From positions 191,855 through 255,854 of the forward strand of contig NW_013657633.1 in the NCBI RefSeq assembly GCF_000142905.1: 64,000 bases of DNA, in the 5' to 3' direction. This stretch comes from Thecamonas trahens ATCC 50062. Lineage: Eukaryota; Protista; Apusomonadida. Below the pieces are notes generated by a model. The model worked only from the letters and a program-made list of their open reading frames with translations, was not told the origin of the DNA and did no database searches. Position numbers and translations under genes: made by a program. Positions 43,243-54,101 of the stretch are shown piece by piece (position 1 is the stretch's first letter; every line of letters starts with the position of its first letter).

Positions 43243-46200
43243 CTACACGCGGTTGCTGCCGCGTCTCCCGCTGCTCGACTTGCGCCGGCCGCTGCGGCCC
43301 TTGCCCTTGCCCTTGCCCTGCGCAAGCTTAAAGTACGAGAACGGGACAAGACCCTGCTTGCCCTTGGCCGACCGCGCCATGATCCAACCTTGCTTGGTCG
43401 GCTGGCCCATAAGGATGACCACCTCACCCTGCGCCACCTTGAGCTCGCCCTTGCCACGCGGCTTGAACGCGGCCTTGGCCTTGGCCTTGCGGGTCGAGAC
43501 GGCAGCGGCGCCAGCCTTGGCCCGCGCCTCCTGCTGCTTGGCCAGCGTCTTCCGCCGCTTGCGCTTCTTCCAGAACCGCAGCGCCACGCACGAGAGCAGG
43601 ATGCACGCTGCCGCCGCCACGCCGATGATGATCAGCGTTGAGGTGGGATACCCGACGGCACCGTTCGCTTGGTCTGCTGCCCGTACGTCGTCTCCACTCC
43701 GTCGCTGTTCCGCACCACAATGGCGAGGTCATACGCAAATGCGGGCTTGAGCGACCCAATCCGCACAGTGTATCGCTCGAGACCCTTGAGCGGGCCGGCT
43801 GCAAGCGTCCCCGCCCGTGCCCGGCACGTCGTGTTGAACGTTCCAGCCGTCAGCGAGCCTTGGTAGTACACCCAGTACTCGAGCTCGTCAGACGGCGTCC
43901 GCGGGTCGCTTGCCGCAGACCACCCGATCGTGATCGACCGGAACGTCGACGAGACTGCCACAGACTCCACCGGCGCTGTCGGCGGCGAGATGCGGAGCGC
44001 CGAGAGCTTGAATCCGGCTCCGCCGGTGTTGCCCGTTGATCCGTCTGCTGCAACGCCCATCAAGTAGCTCGCCGAGTCCTGACACGCCTGCACCACAAAC
44101 GAGTCTGCCACTCGCGCCCCGCTTGTGCTGGCATCCACCGGCGCGCTGCCGCCGGCCACGTACGCCATCCTCACCGGCCGCGCCGAGTCGCTCGCCACTG
44201 CAGCAACGCGGGTCGCAAACGGCCCCGTCACGTGCGGCACGCGATACTGCCGCCACTCACTCGATGACGCCGAGTAGCCCGGCTGTGCCGCCGTTGCGTT
44301 GGGTGTGACCCCGATGACTGTGCCGGCTCCGCCGGCCACGCCCATCGTCAGCGAGTAGTCGGCCCCGCCGGCGTCGGTCGTCGAGACCTCGATCGAGTAC
44401 ACGCCCACAAAGCTCGAGCCGGCAGCAAACGACAGACTGTTCCCGGCCGGGCACTCCACCATGCTCTCTGCGCATGCCGAGTCGTGTGCGCCGACCCCGA
44501 GGCCGACCGCAAGCTTGACGTTGCCGCCTGTGGGAGAGGTCAGAGTCACGCTCAGCCCCACCGAGGCATCGCCAAAGAACGACTCAAAGTACAGCCGGTC
44601 TGTCGCGCCGGAAGACGCCACGCGGCCGGTCAGCGTCTCGCCTTCGTGCAGCGTTGCCGCGGCAATGTACGTAAAGCTGCCGGCTGCCGCCGCCCAGTCG
44701 CGCCCGCGGTTCGGCGAAATCTCAACAGAGACCGTCATCGCCGAAGGCGCGGCGGGGAGCACAACCGCGGCTGTCGTGCCCGACAGCCGCTGCGCAGGCA
44801 CCACGGCTTCCCAGCCGGACGACCCGGTGTCCTTAACTCTGACCACGACGTCGGCGCACGACGGCGAGACGTCAAAGCTCGAGCCGGCGAGGCTAACTCG
44901 GAGCCCGCCCGTCGTCGGCCCAGCCGCAGGCGAAAACGAGGTTAGCGCAAGTGGCTTGTCGCACTCGTTCGACGTCGTCGGGTCCGTCGTCCAATCGGTG
45001 CCACACGCGCACCGGCCGACAGCCTGCACGCATGTCCCGTGGCCCGAGCACATCGCGTCCTTGCAGTCGCCGTAGGTAAACGGCTTGCGCGAGTCCGACC
45101 AGTCACTCCCTCCGTTCGGCGAGACCTCCACCACCACCGTGTACGGATCGGAAGAGAGCGTTGCCGGCGTCGGTACCGGGCAGTTGACGGTCGTCTCGCT
45201 GAGGCGGTAGCCGCGGGTCGGCCGCTGCGGACGGAACCAGCACCACGGCTCACCGCCCACCGCAAACACGCCAGCGGTCGTCGTGACCGTCACGTTGGTC
45301 CCTGCCGGGGCGCCAACCTTGTGCTCCGGACTCAGCGACGCCACGCTCAGCTCGGTCCCACACGTCGCCCCGGTGTAGTTGCCAGAGCACGCGCACACGC
45401 TCCCGGCGCACACGCCGTGGCCCGAGCATGAGCTCGCATCCGTGCACCCGCACGAGCCCGCGCCGCTATCGACGGTCACTGCCAGTGTCCGAGTGGCGCT
45501 TGACCCGCGTGTGTCCGACACAGTCACCGTCACCGTGAATGCGTGTGAGGTGCCGTACGCGTGGGTGATGCGCGGACCGGTCGACGAGCCGTAGTTGCCG
45601 TCGCCAAAGTTCCACCCGTAGACTAGGACGTCACCGTCGGGATCTGAAGCCGAGGCCTCAAACACAAGCGCCTCGCCGACCGTGGGCGTACTGCAGCCAC
45701 CGCCGAGCGCCAGCGACGACACCACTGGTGCGTTGTTGACCGGCCCAGTGTAGACTGCCACGTCCATGACCGCGTTGCCTGCATTATCGTTGTACCGCGC
45801 CACAGGGGTGATGGTGATACCTGCCCCGGCGTCGCGATACGAGTAGCCGACCTGCAGCGGAGCGTCGTCGGTCAAGTTCGTCCACGCCGACGACGAAGTG
45901 TACGGCGCAGTCATGTCGAGCAGGTTTGACTCACGCTCAACCTGCGAGTCGCCAAAGTCGTCGATGTAGTGAAAGACAAGGCCATTGGCAAAGAACCGCG
46001 CGGCTGGCGCGTAGTCGATCGCTTGCCGCACGCCCATCCAGTACCATCGGTTGCCCGACTGTAGGATGCGGAGTGCCCGCGTTCCGGACGCGCCCTGGTG
46101 GTCATGGGCCTTGATCCGATATGTGCACGGGGTGGTCGAGCATGACGACGTCGTGGCCGTTGCCACGTCGCTGCTCGGAATCCACCCAAGCCCGAACTTC

Positions 46201-47579
46201 TTGTGCGGGTTGACGTGGAACGAGCTCCGGTCGGCCTCGATTGAAATGGCACCCATGATGTCAAAGTCGTCAAAGTAGGCCACAGACTCACCGTCGCCAC
46301 CGGGCGAGGCTCGGTCTGCCGTCACCCACAAGTTTGCGTGCTTGAGTCCGTAGTTGTGGCCAAGCTCGTGGGCAGTGACGTGCCAGTGAGCGTCCGGGTC
46401 GGTGACGCCGTTGATCCAAGACGCGCCGCCTGCCACCAGGCCGAGGCCGGCCCATGGGCAAGTCGAAAACTCGGAGAAAACAATGATGTACCGGTCGTAG
46501 TCGGACGGCGAGTGGCCGGACCACGCGTTCCACGCATCGTCGTCCAGCGGCGACGTTGTCGCTCCCGATGACGAGATCGGGCACGCTGCTCCGCCGTACG
46601 ACGCCCGGGTCCCGGCCAGGTCCAGGATCGGCGAAAAGGTGAGGCTCATTGACGAGCACGCGTTCGAGTTGGAGGTCCAGTACGCCTCAACCTTGTTCAT
46701 CAGCCGTGTGAACGAGCCAACGTCAGTCGGCGCACTCGCCTCGTCTGAGAACTTGACAATGAGCACGGCAACTGTGAGTTCTTGCATCGGCTTGGAGTTG
46801 ACAAAGGCCGCGGCGGCGGCGGCCTCGGACTCGGACTTGCGTGCCCTCGTCTCCAACGCCACCACCTCGTCGACAGTCTCCAGCACATGCTGCTGGCCAT
46901 TGTACTCGGCCACAAAGCGCTTGCCACTGGCCACCACCCGCACCGGCGAGTCGGCCACCACCACTGAGCCATCGTAGAGTTGGTAGCCCCAGAGCGGGAC
47001 CGGGTGCATGACCGGGACGCCGTCACGGGCGCCAAAGACATATGCCTTGCGTGGCGTCTCGCCAACGGCCTCACTCACCAGCGTGTAGCCGTGCAGGCTC
47101 TCGGGCGAGGCACCGGAGGCCATGCGCGGAAAGCCAGCGACCATCTCCAGCGAGCCACGGACCGCAATGCGCGACTCGAGCGCGTCCCGATGAGCCTTGG
47201 GAAGCTGCGAGAGGACTTTTGCCTCGGCGTTGCTGTCTGCGGGACTGATGCTGTCGCTGTCGAGAGCACGAGCGACAGCAAATACGGCGGCGACAGCGCC
47301 ATGTTCGGCCGCATCCTTCATAGCCTTTGCCCTTGCCACCGCCAGGGCAGTCCCATCATCCCGCACCCAATTCTTCGAGTCCCGCCTCCACCGGATGTAA
47401 GCTTCATGAGCCGAGTTGAGTGCAACCACAGCCGCAGTCTGATGCGATCGAGTGTTCACGACAGCATGATCGGCATGGACATCATCGGCATGAACAGCAT
47501 CCGCATCAACATGAACAGAACGATGATCATCATGATGACGGTGAGGGTCAACGGACGTCGACGTCGATCGCTTGCTTGT

Positions 47580-47611
<32 letters not shown>

Positions 47612-47798
47612 TCGATGTTGACAATGATGATGGTGATGATGATGGCGTCGATGAACGAGTTGGCGGGAGTGGCACCTTGTCAGTCCTCCCTTCCGAGAGG
47701 AAGACAGCCGCCGAGAAGAGGACAACGAGACAGCCACAGACTCCAAGGAGAACCCATGTCCTCTGTCGTCCTGTAACTTGCTCTCTTCCTCGCAGCAT
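43243..47798 (-). CDS. Membrane metalloprotease receptor: N-terminal hydrophobic anchor, M11/gametolysin-like metzincin, PKD, EGF, IPT/TIG, FN3-like, TM, cytoplasmic SH3; 1-nt frameshift at about 43645-43647
   Basis: HELGHNYGLKH zinc motif with DDFDIMG Met-turn; PKD YGWNFGDG; EGF CSGHGVC (twice); IPT SFSPAAGPTTGG; after the frame change TM LIIIGVAAAACILLSCVAL and SH3 ELKVAQGEVV...GWIMARS...GLVPFSYF. Confidence 0.85.
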
Positions 47799-47889
47799 GG
47801 TCTTGGGGACAGGTGTGCCTACACCCTTGCCCGTCTTATGCCGGAAGGAGTGGCCAGGGTGGTGCGGCTGAGGCCCATGACGAAAATGC

Positions 47890-48038
47890 CGCCAACGAAC
47901 GATTGAGCGAGCGACCGAATAATCGTAGCGAGCGATGGTGCGAACGAACGATTGAGTGAACGAGCGAATAATCGTAGCCAACGAGCGAACAAATGGGTTG
48001 ATGCGATGCGATGCGATGCGATGCGATGCGATGCGATG
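47890..48038. repeat. (GCGAT)n microsatellite and GAAC/GAGC-rich direct repeats upstream of the metalloprotease
   Basis: atgcgatgcgatgcg... about 7 units at 48000-48037; aacgaacgattgag and gaataatcgtagc each duplicated. Confidence 0.85.
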
Positions 48039-48537
48039 TGAGAAGAATAGTGAAGGGGGTTGGAAGGTCGGCTGTGATGATAGGTGGATTAATTAGAGTC
48101 AGGGGAGGGGTGGTGGGATTCAGGTCAGAGGTGGAGGCAGAAGGGGGTGGACATGTGTGGGGGGCATGCTTGTGCGCGGGGAGGCGCTGAGCGTATTGCC
48201 GACGTGGCTGCGGCACTTGGGTCGGCGTCGCTCCTGAGCCGATCCTGGTCGCCATGATGATCAAGACGACGTTACCCGAGATGGGACACATCTCGCCCCT
48301 TGGGCACTGCTACAACATCGAGAGCCATTGCTCTGCGTTCCGAGCTCTCAGCCGGAGCCCTTGCAGCTCCAGCACACGCATATCGTGCCAACGATCAGTC
48401 GTCGATACTGGGAATGGCTCGGCCTGCCGCCAACGAATGACTTGTCACCGGCAGTGCGGGGGAAGGTACCGAGTGACTGGAAATGGTCGGCAGACACGAG
48501 ACGCTGGACACATCACTGACTGTAGAGGTGGTCGAGT

Positions 48538-49341
48538 ATGGCACGGACGTCGTCTTTGAGTCGCAAGTCGCGCAAGTCGGTGAGCAAGTCGCGCAAGTCG
48601 GCGAGCAAGTCGCGCAAGTCGGCGAGCAAGTCGAGCAAGTCGCGCAAGTCGGCGAGCAAGTCGCGCAAGTCGGTGAGCAAGTCGCGCAAGTCGGCGAGCA
48701 AGTCGCGCAAGTCGGCGAGCAAGTCGCGCAAGAAGCGACGGACAAGATCATCATCGTCATCAGCGTCGTCAGCGTCGTCAGCGTCGCCAGCGTCATCGAC
48801 ATCAGCGTCATCGTCGGGAGGTTGGGGTAGAAAGATCGGAGCTGGTGCGTCGAGTGCAAAGACCAAGGCGGGCAAAGTAGTGGCAGTGGCAAAGTCGGGC
48901 GGGCGCAAGACGGGCAAGGTGGGCAAGAAGGGGACTGGCCACTTGGTTAACGTGGTGGAGAAGGCTGGCGAGGGCGTGCTGGACGATGTGCGTGATGTCA
49001 AGAAGATGTACGCGTCCAAGGAGTTCAGAGCTTTTATCCGCAACCCCACGCCCGAAGCCATCATGGCGAATCCCGAGTATGTTATCGTGACTGCCAAGCT
49101 CCTGCTCGCCATCAACCACCCCGAGGGCGCCATCCTCGCCGCCGTTGTCGAGCACCTGGTCGAAGCCTCTGAGGAAGAGCTTCTGGAGGCGTCGCGCAAA
49201 GACTGCAAGTCACTGGGCCGCGAGCTCGGCGAAGCCCTCGACGACGACGTCTCCAACTCTGGGTACTCATCGAGCGATGAGAGCCCTGTCGACGACATCG
49301 CCGCCATCCTCGCCCGCGTCCGGAAGCATCCGCAGCCGTAG
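48538..49341 (+). CDS. Orphan protein: very basic SKSRKSA-repeat N-terminus and acidic helical C-terminus
   Basis: The C-half has typical codon usage (AAG/GAG/GTC); the N-half is encoded by a 21-bp minisatellite. Confidence 0.65.
   Translation: MARTSSLSRKSRKSVSKSRKSASKSRKSASKSSKSRKSASKSRKSVSKSRKSASKSRKSASKSRKKRRTRSSSSSASSASSASPASSTSASSSGGWGRKIGAGASSAKTKAGKVVAVAKSGGRKTGKVGKKGTGHLVNVVEKAGEGVLDDVRDVKKMYASKEFRAFIRNPTPEAIMANPEYVIVTAKLLLAINHPEGAILAAVVEHLVEASEEELLEASRKDCKSLGRELGEALDDDVSNSGYSSSDESPVDDIAAILARVRKHPQP
48560..48732. repeat. 21-bp coding minisatellite (about 8 units)
   Basis: agcaagtcgcgcaagtcgg(c/t)g in tandem. Confidence 0.95.
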
Positions 49342-49357
49342 CCGGCAAGGGATGTCT

Positions 49358-51058
49358 CTACACCAGTTTCTTCGACGAGACAAGCTTGCGAACTGCCTTG
49401 GCCTGCCGCTGGATGAGAGACGCCAGGTCGGACCGATGCAGCAGCTGCCCGAGCAGCAGCGTGGCCGAGCCGAGCCGCGCCTGCGGATGAGGATCGGCGT
49501 CGGGAACCAGTAATGGTGAGAGCACCACCCCGCCCCGCGCCCCGGACACGGATCCACTTTGCAGCGCGTGCGAGATATCAAAGACCAGCTTGAGGCAGAA
49601 ACCCTTGCCCGGCAGCCACGCGTACGCCTTCGTCTCCTCCACTGCCAGAAGGCTCTCGAGCGGAAAGGCAGCCACAAACCGATCGGCTCCACGCCGCTTG
49701 CCGATGCCCAGCAAGTTTGACGAGCTTTGTTCAAACGCCACAAACGACTCAAAGACGTACAGCGTCCCGCGCCCGCCCTGCCACGGCTTGCTCACATGCA
49801 GCCGCGCTGCAACTTGCTTCAGCACAAGCTGCTCGCTCGGTGGCAGCGCAAAGCCGGTCCGCAGCGCGGCGAGCTCACTTGTGCCTATCTCGCTACTCGC
49901 AGTTGGCAGCGGCCGGCTGTCATCCTGCGGCGCTTCGAATGCCGGCCCGTCCTCACTGCTTGCCGTCGAGTCAGCCGCTTCGAGCGCCGCCATAACTTGC
50001 AGGTCGACGTTGGTCGGCAGCCGCTCCAGAATCGGCGGGTCGTCGTAGCGAGCACGAAAGGCCGGGAACTTGGCGCAGATCGGCGCGTAGATGAAAAAGT
50101 GCACGCCCACACTAAATGCGAGGATCAGGTGCATCGTATCGGTTGGAAGGATGGCGGCGAGACAGGCACACGCGGTCAGGACTCCAAAGACACGCGCCGA
50201 GTACGTCGGCGCACGGAAAGTGACCAGATTGGTCAGCTTTTCCAGCACGTCGGCAGCAGTCTCGAGCCCAGCCTGAAGCTTGGACGCCACGTCGACGAGC
50301 GTGTTGTAACGATCCTTCAGTCCAGCCAGCGCACCATCCGAGCTTTCGTCGTCGTCACCGACACTGTCGGGCTTCTCGCCTCCTGCGCCATCTGCTGTTG
50401 CTCGCCACCCGAGCTGCTGCGCCAGCCAGTGACGGCCCATGGCAGCGGCAGCAAGGGCAAACATCACACTCAGGAAGCAGCCATGCCACGCGGCCCATGC
50501 GTAGACCAGGATGACGAGGATGGTCAGCGGCGGTCGCGTCCAGAGATGGATGTCTCGCACAAGTTCGCCAACAGCCATGACCGGCTGCACCGCATCTGTC
50601 ATCCGCTCCACCGCACGCTTAAAGATGCGAATGCGGAAGCGCTGCGGCGGCACTTCAACCATCTGGGCCACCGCTGCCGCCATCACACTACCTTCCGTCT
50701 CCTCGAACAGGCGGACAAAGCCAGCGAGCCGAGCCCAGACCCCGGTCTCTTCCACCTGAGCAGCCTGGCCATCGTTATCATCGTCGACCACTACCTCCCA
50801 GCCATCGCTTTGGAGGCCAGTACTCCCCTTCAACCGCGCAGCACCTTGTTCTCCCTCACCTCTGGGAGGACCACCACCGCCGTCGCTGCCTGACCTGCTG
50901 CCACTACCGGCGTTCGCCAAAGTCCGGGCCGCCGCCAGCGCCGCCTTGGTCTCGGCCACCTCTGCGGTCAACTCTTCGTTCTTGAGCATCTCCCCCACCA
51001 GCTGTTCCTCCAACAACGCAAGTTGCGTTTCATACGCCTCGGTTGACACGCTCGCCAT
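49358..51058 (-). CDS. GRAMD4-like protein (coiled coil, reticulon-like TM hairpins, C-terminal GRAM/PH-like domain)
   Basis: QLALLEEQLVGEMLKNEEL coil; W-x2-P TM block; LEKLTNLVTFRAP; FRARYDDPPILERLPT; FALPPSEQL...GTLYVFESFVAFE. Confidence 0.7.
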   Translation of the reverse strand: MASVSTEAYETQLALLEEQLVGEMLKNEELTAEVAETKAALAAARTLANAGSGSRSGSDGGGGPPRGEGEQGAARLKGSTGLQSDGWEVVVDDDNDGQAAQVEETGVWARLAGFVRLFEETEGSVMAAAVAQMVEVPPQRFRIRIFKRAVERMTDAVQPVMAVGELVRDIHLWTRPPLTILVILVYAWAAWHGCFLSVMFALAAAAMGRHWLAQQLGWRATADGAGGEKPDSVGDDDESSDGALAGLKDRYNTLVDVASKLQAGLETAADVLEKLTNLVTFRAPTYSARVFGVLTACACLAAILPTDTMHLILAFSVGVHFFIYAPICAKFPAFRARYDDPPILERLPTNVDLQVMAALEAADSTASSEDGPAFEAPQDDSRPLPTASSEIGTSELAALRTGFALPPSEQLVLKQVAARLHVSKPWQGGRGTLYVFESFVAFEQSSSNLLGIGKRRGADRFVAAFPLESLLAVEETKAYAWLPGKGFCLKLVFDISHALQSGSVSGARGGVVLSPLLVPDADPHPQARLGSATLLLGQLLHRSDLASLIQRQAKAVRKLVSSKKLV

Positions 51059-52209
51059 GCTGGTTCTGGCGAGAGGTGGAGGGGGGGGGGCGAGTGGAAG
51101 GAGAAGGGCGGTGACCATGATCCTGGCGTGATCGGCGACAGGCCGGCTGCCAGCCTGTCGTCCTGCGTTTTGGCATGGCCTGGTTATCGTTGGACGGCCG
51201 ATGGTGGCCGGTATGGCCATAGAGACAGAAGAAAGAAGCACTGCATGGGAGGGAGGATAAGGTGACAAAAATCCTGGAGTGTGTGTAGAGGGCGGAGAAG
51301 AGCCGCGGGAGGGGGGGGGAAGAGGAGGAGGGGGGGGGGGAGTGATCACGGCTTGATCTCCGAAAAAGGTCGTGAAAGCTGCCCGTGCGTGGCAACCGCC
51401 CATGCAAGAACCACCTGCCTCTCCTTTGGGAAGAAAGAAGTAAACGGCGATGATTGCTGCAAGATCAACGTGAGCGCAGTGATTTTGATTATGATTGCGT
51501 TTCGATGAGGCTGCTCTAGCCCGAGCGCCTGAGCCAGGCGTGATGCACGGGGGGAGAAGCGGGGAAGATCTACGAAAGTCATTGAAGATCAATTGGCGGA
51601 AACAACGAGAGTGTGAACGTTCGTTAATTGACCAATTGGAGGCAACGGCTTTCATCGGCTCACCCGCCTCAGCTCTTCGCAACGGACAGGACAAGCACCA
51701 CCTCACGCTCACCCTTCCCTCCCCCGTCCCTGCACACCCCCCCACCTCCCTCCTGCAAGAGAGACATATAACTACAGTGAACGGGAGAGAGAGCGAGGAT
51801 GTTGTCACTGCAGGATGCTCAGAGGAAGCTGCACCAGGTATGTCATGACCACCACCTCGCTTGCTTGCCAGTCGTTGCGGAGCTCGGCTTCTTCGTCATC
51901 CGCAGCAGCAGAGCCATGAACAGCTATCGCAGGCCGAGCTATGGCTGGGCTAGGTTTTGTCTGCAGGCATGATTTGTAGTTATAGTTGAAGGAGATGGGC
52001 GGGACGAGATCGTTTGGCGTAGAGTCGACGGGCGAGAGTCGACGTTGGTGTCGAGTCGAGACGCGAGACTCGACGTTGGTGTAGAGTCGACGGGCGTTAC
52101 GAGATCGCAGCCTGGGTGGTAACCTGGGTGTGGGCCGACGAATCCACGGCGTGGGTGCGGATCAGACTCACACACGCGCTGCACGCAGTCGGAGAGGGCA
52201 TACCATGCG

Positions 52210-53007
52210 ATGAGGCTTCAAGTCTCGCAGAAGCAGCAGAAAGAGGCCCGGCGTGAGGCTCGGCGAAAGGAGAAGGTTCGTAGAGAGACGGCGATGGCGG
52301 CCGAGCTGCTTGAGCGCGAGGAGCGTGAGGAAGAGCGCAGAGTCGAGCTCGCCATTCGGAGACAGAGGCAGTTTCAGAAGCAGCTGCGAGCGCGAGAGCT
52401 GGAGGAGGAGCACCTGCATCGTTACCAGGAGGAGGCCCGCGACCGCAACCTGCTCCACTACGAGCTCGACGTCAATGGCCTGACAAAGCTCCGCCACACC
52501 ACATCCAAGCTCTGCCGCGTCGAGGAGAAGCGCCGCATGCTCGCCCTCGAGGCCACCGCCGAGGAGGAGGTCCGCAAGCTCGCCAAGATCCGGGAGCGCC
52601 AGGACAAGCGCGCCGCCGTCTTCCGGCGCCGCCACGAGACCATCGAGGCCCGCCGCGCCCGCACCATCCGCTACGAGGAGGCTAAGCGCCGCAACTGGGA
52701 GGCCAACATGGAGCGCCAGAAGCGCGCGTGGGAGCGCAAGAAGGCTGCCCTGGAGAAGAAACTCGACCGCAAGGAGCGCCGCATCGAGTCGGAGCGCGCC
52801 GCTCGCAAGATCGTCGCCGAGGAGCGCGCCCAGCGTGCCGCCGCCCGTGACGCCGAGATCAAGCGCGTACGCAAGCAGTACGATCGCATCCGCCACGCCG
52901 AGATGGAGCGCATTCTTGACACCATCCCCACAAACCTCGAGCGCCGCGGCTTGCGCGCTCGTCCCGGCACCGCACCTGCCGGCCGTCGGCGCCGTCAGCA
53001 TGGCTGA
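52210..53007 (+). CDS. Highly charged (R/E/K) coiled-coil protein; may have an upstream exon
   Basis: 265-aa ORF with strong GAG/AAG/CGC codon bias; possible acceptor CACGCAG just upstream. Confidence 0.65.
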   Translation: MRLQVSQKQQKEARREARRKEKVRRETAMAAELLEREEREEERRVELAIRRQRQFQKQLRARELEEEHLHRYQEEARDRNLLHYELDVNGLTKLRHTTSKLCRVEEKRRMLALEATAEEEVRKLAKIRERQDKRAAVFRRRHETIEARRARTIRYEEAKRRNWEANMERQKRAWERKKAALEKKLDRKERRIESERAARKIVAEERAQRAAARDAEIKRVRKQYDRIRHAEMERILDTIPTNLERRGLRARPGTAPAGRRRRQHG

Positions 53008-53128
53008 AACTAAACCGAACCGCCCCTCCACCTCCCACCCACTGCCATCACGCTCATCGCAATTCATTGTTCATGTGCGACACGAGAGGAGCCACAGAGG
53101 CCAAACACTCGCCAAACTCCAATGTCGG

Positions 53129-53644
53129 CTACGCGTCGTCGGCAGTGAGGAGCTCGTCGCCCCCACTCTCATCCTCAACATAGTTGGGATCGTTCTTGTC
53201 GAGGTACGCCGGGTCCGTCGCCGCCTGAAGCTGAGCCGACGGGTCGTCAGCGCGGCCCCAGGTGCCCTTGCCACCAGCACCGCCCTTGGCAGCCGTACCG
53301 CGCGTGCCAGTCCCTACAAACCACACACCACATAGATCCCCATGAGATGAACGCCCATTCCAACGTGTGGCTCTCTCCTCGTCACCCACCCTCAACACCA
53401 CCTCCTTCACCATCCAACCATGGGGCCCACGGCTGGTCGTGTTCCAAGGAACAAAGCAAAATTTCAAGCTCTGGGTCGGTCATGGTCTACGCACTGGCCC
53501 ACCGCGCTAGACAGTGAAAGAGACCATGGACAGAGCCGCCACTTGGCGAGGAAGCACATGCAACAGTCTTCTCTATCAAGGCTGGACGAACGTACGCGAG
53601 ACATGATGCTCCTTCGTCTGAGCGCCCTTTGACTTGGTGTCCAT
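53129..53644 (-). CDS. 77-aa microprotein carrying only the PDCD4/MA3-protein N-terminal motif; exons 53644-53596 and 53313-53129
   Basis: Spliced product MDTKSKGAQTKEHHVSRTGTRGTAAKGGAGGKGTWGRADD...LDKNDPNYVEDE...; GTACGT donor and TTGTAG acceptor both in phase 1. Confidence 0.8.
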
Positions 53645-54101
53645 GATTTCTTGAAAAACCTTCGAAATGAGAGTTGAATGTTCAATATCCTTTCTTGTTG
53701 CTTGTTGCGTCATCGATTCGTGTGTTCGCCCACAGAGGCCAAGGCCAAAGCCAGCCCAGCCCGACCCGACGTAGCAACTTTCCGTTTGTTCTCAGCGCAT
53801 CATCAATTATTTTCCTTCAGAGTCAAGTTTACTCTCTGCCCCAAACCTCTCCCAATCACATCGTCTTTGCCATTCCCCGCGTTATACGGCACAACACAAC
53901 CTTGCGGCCTCTGCTTTCACCCATCTCGTCATTCTCCTTCTGTTGCTCATCCGATCATCCATTCCGGCGTAGTGAACCCTAACCCAAAGCCATCCTTCCT
54001 TAGTCGTGATCACGATCCCGATCGTGATCACCCCCCCCCCCACCGCCACCTCACTTCACGACCCTCCCCCCCCCCCCCCACACCCGCCCCGCCCACCTTC
54101 C

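Noticed and set aside
48513-49307. Antisense ORF with LLADLRD leucine-zipper-like heptads
   Set aside because: It is the reverse-strand reading of the 21-bp minisatellite; outside the repeat, codon bias favours the plus-strand ORF.
52015-52100. Short direct and inverted repeats (gtagagtcgacgggcg twice; gtcgagtc-N9-gactcgac hairpin) as a possible MITE
   Set aside because: Too short, with no terminal inverted repeats, target-site duplication or second copy in the window.
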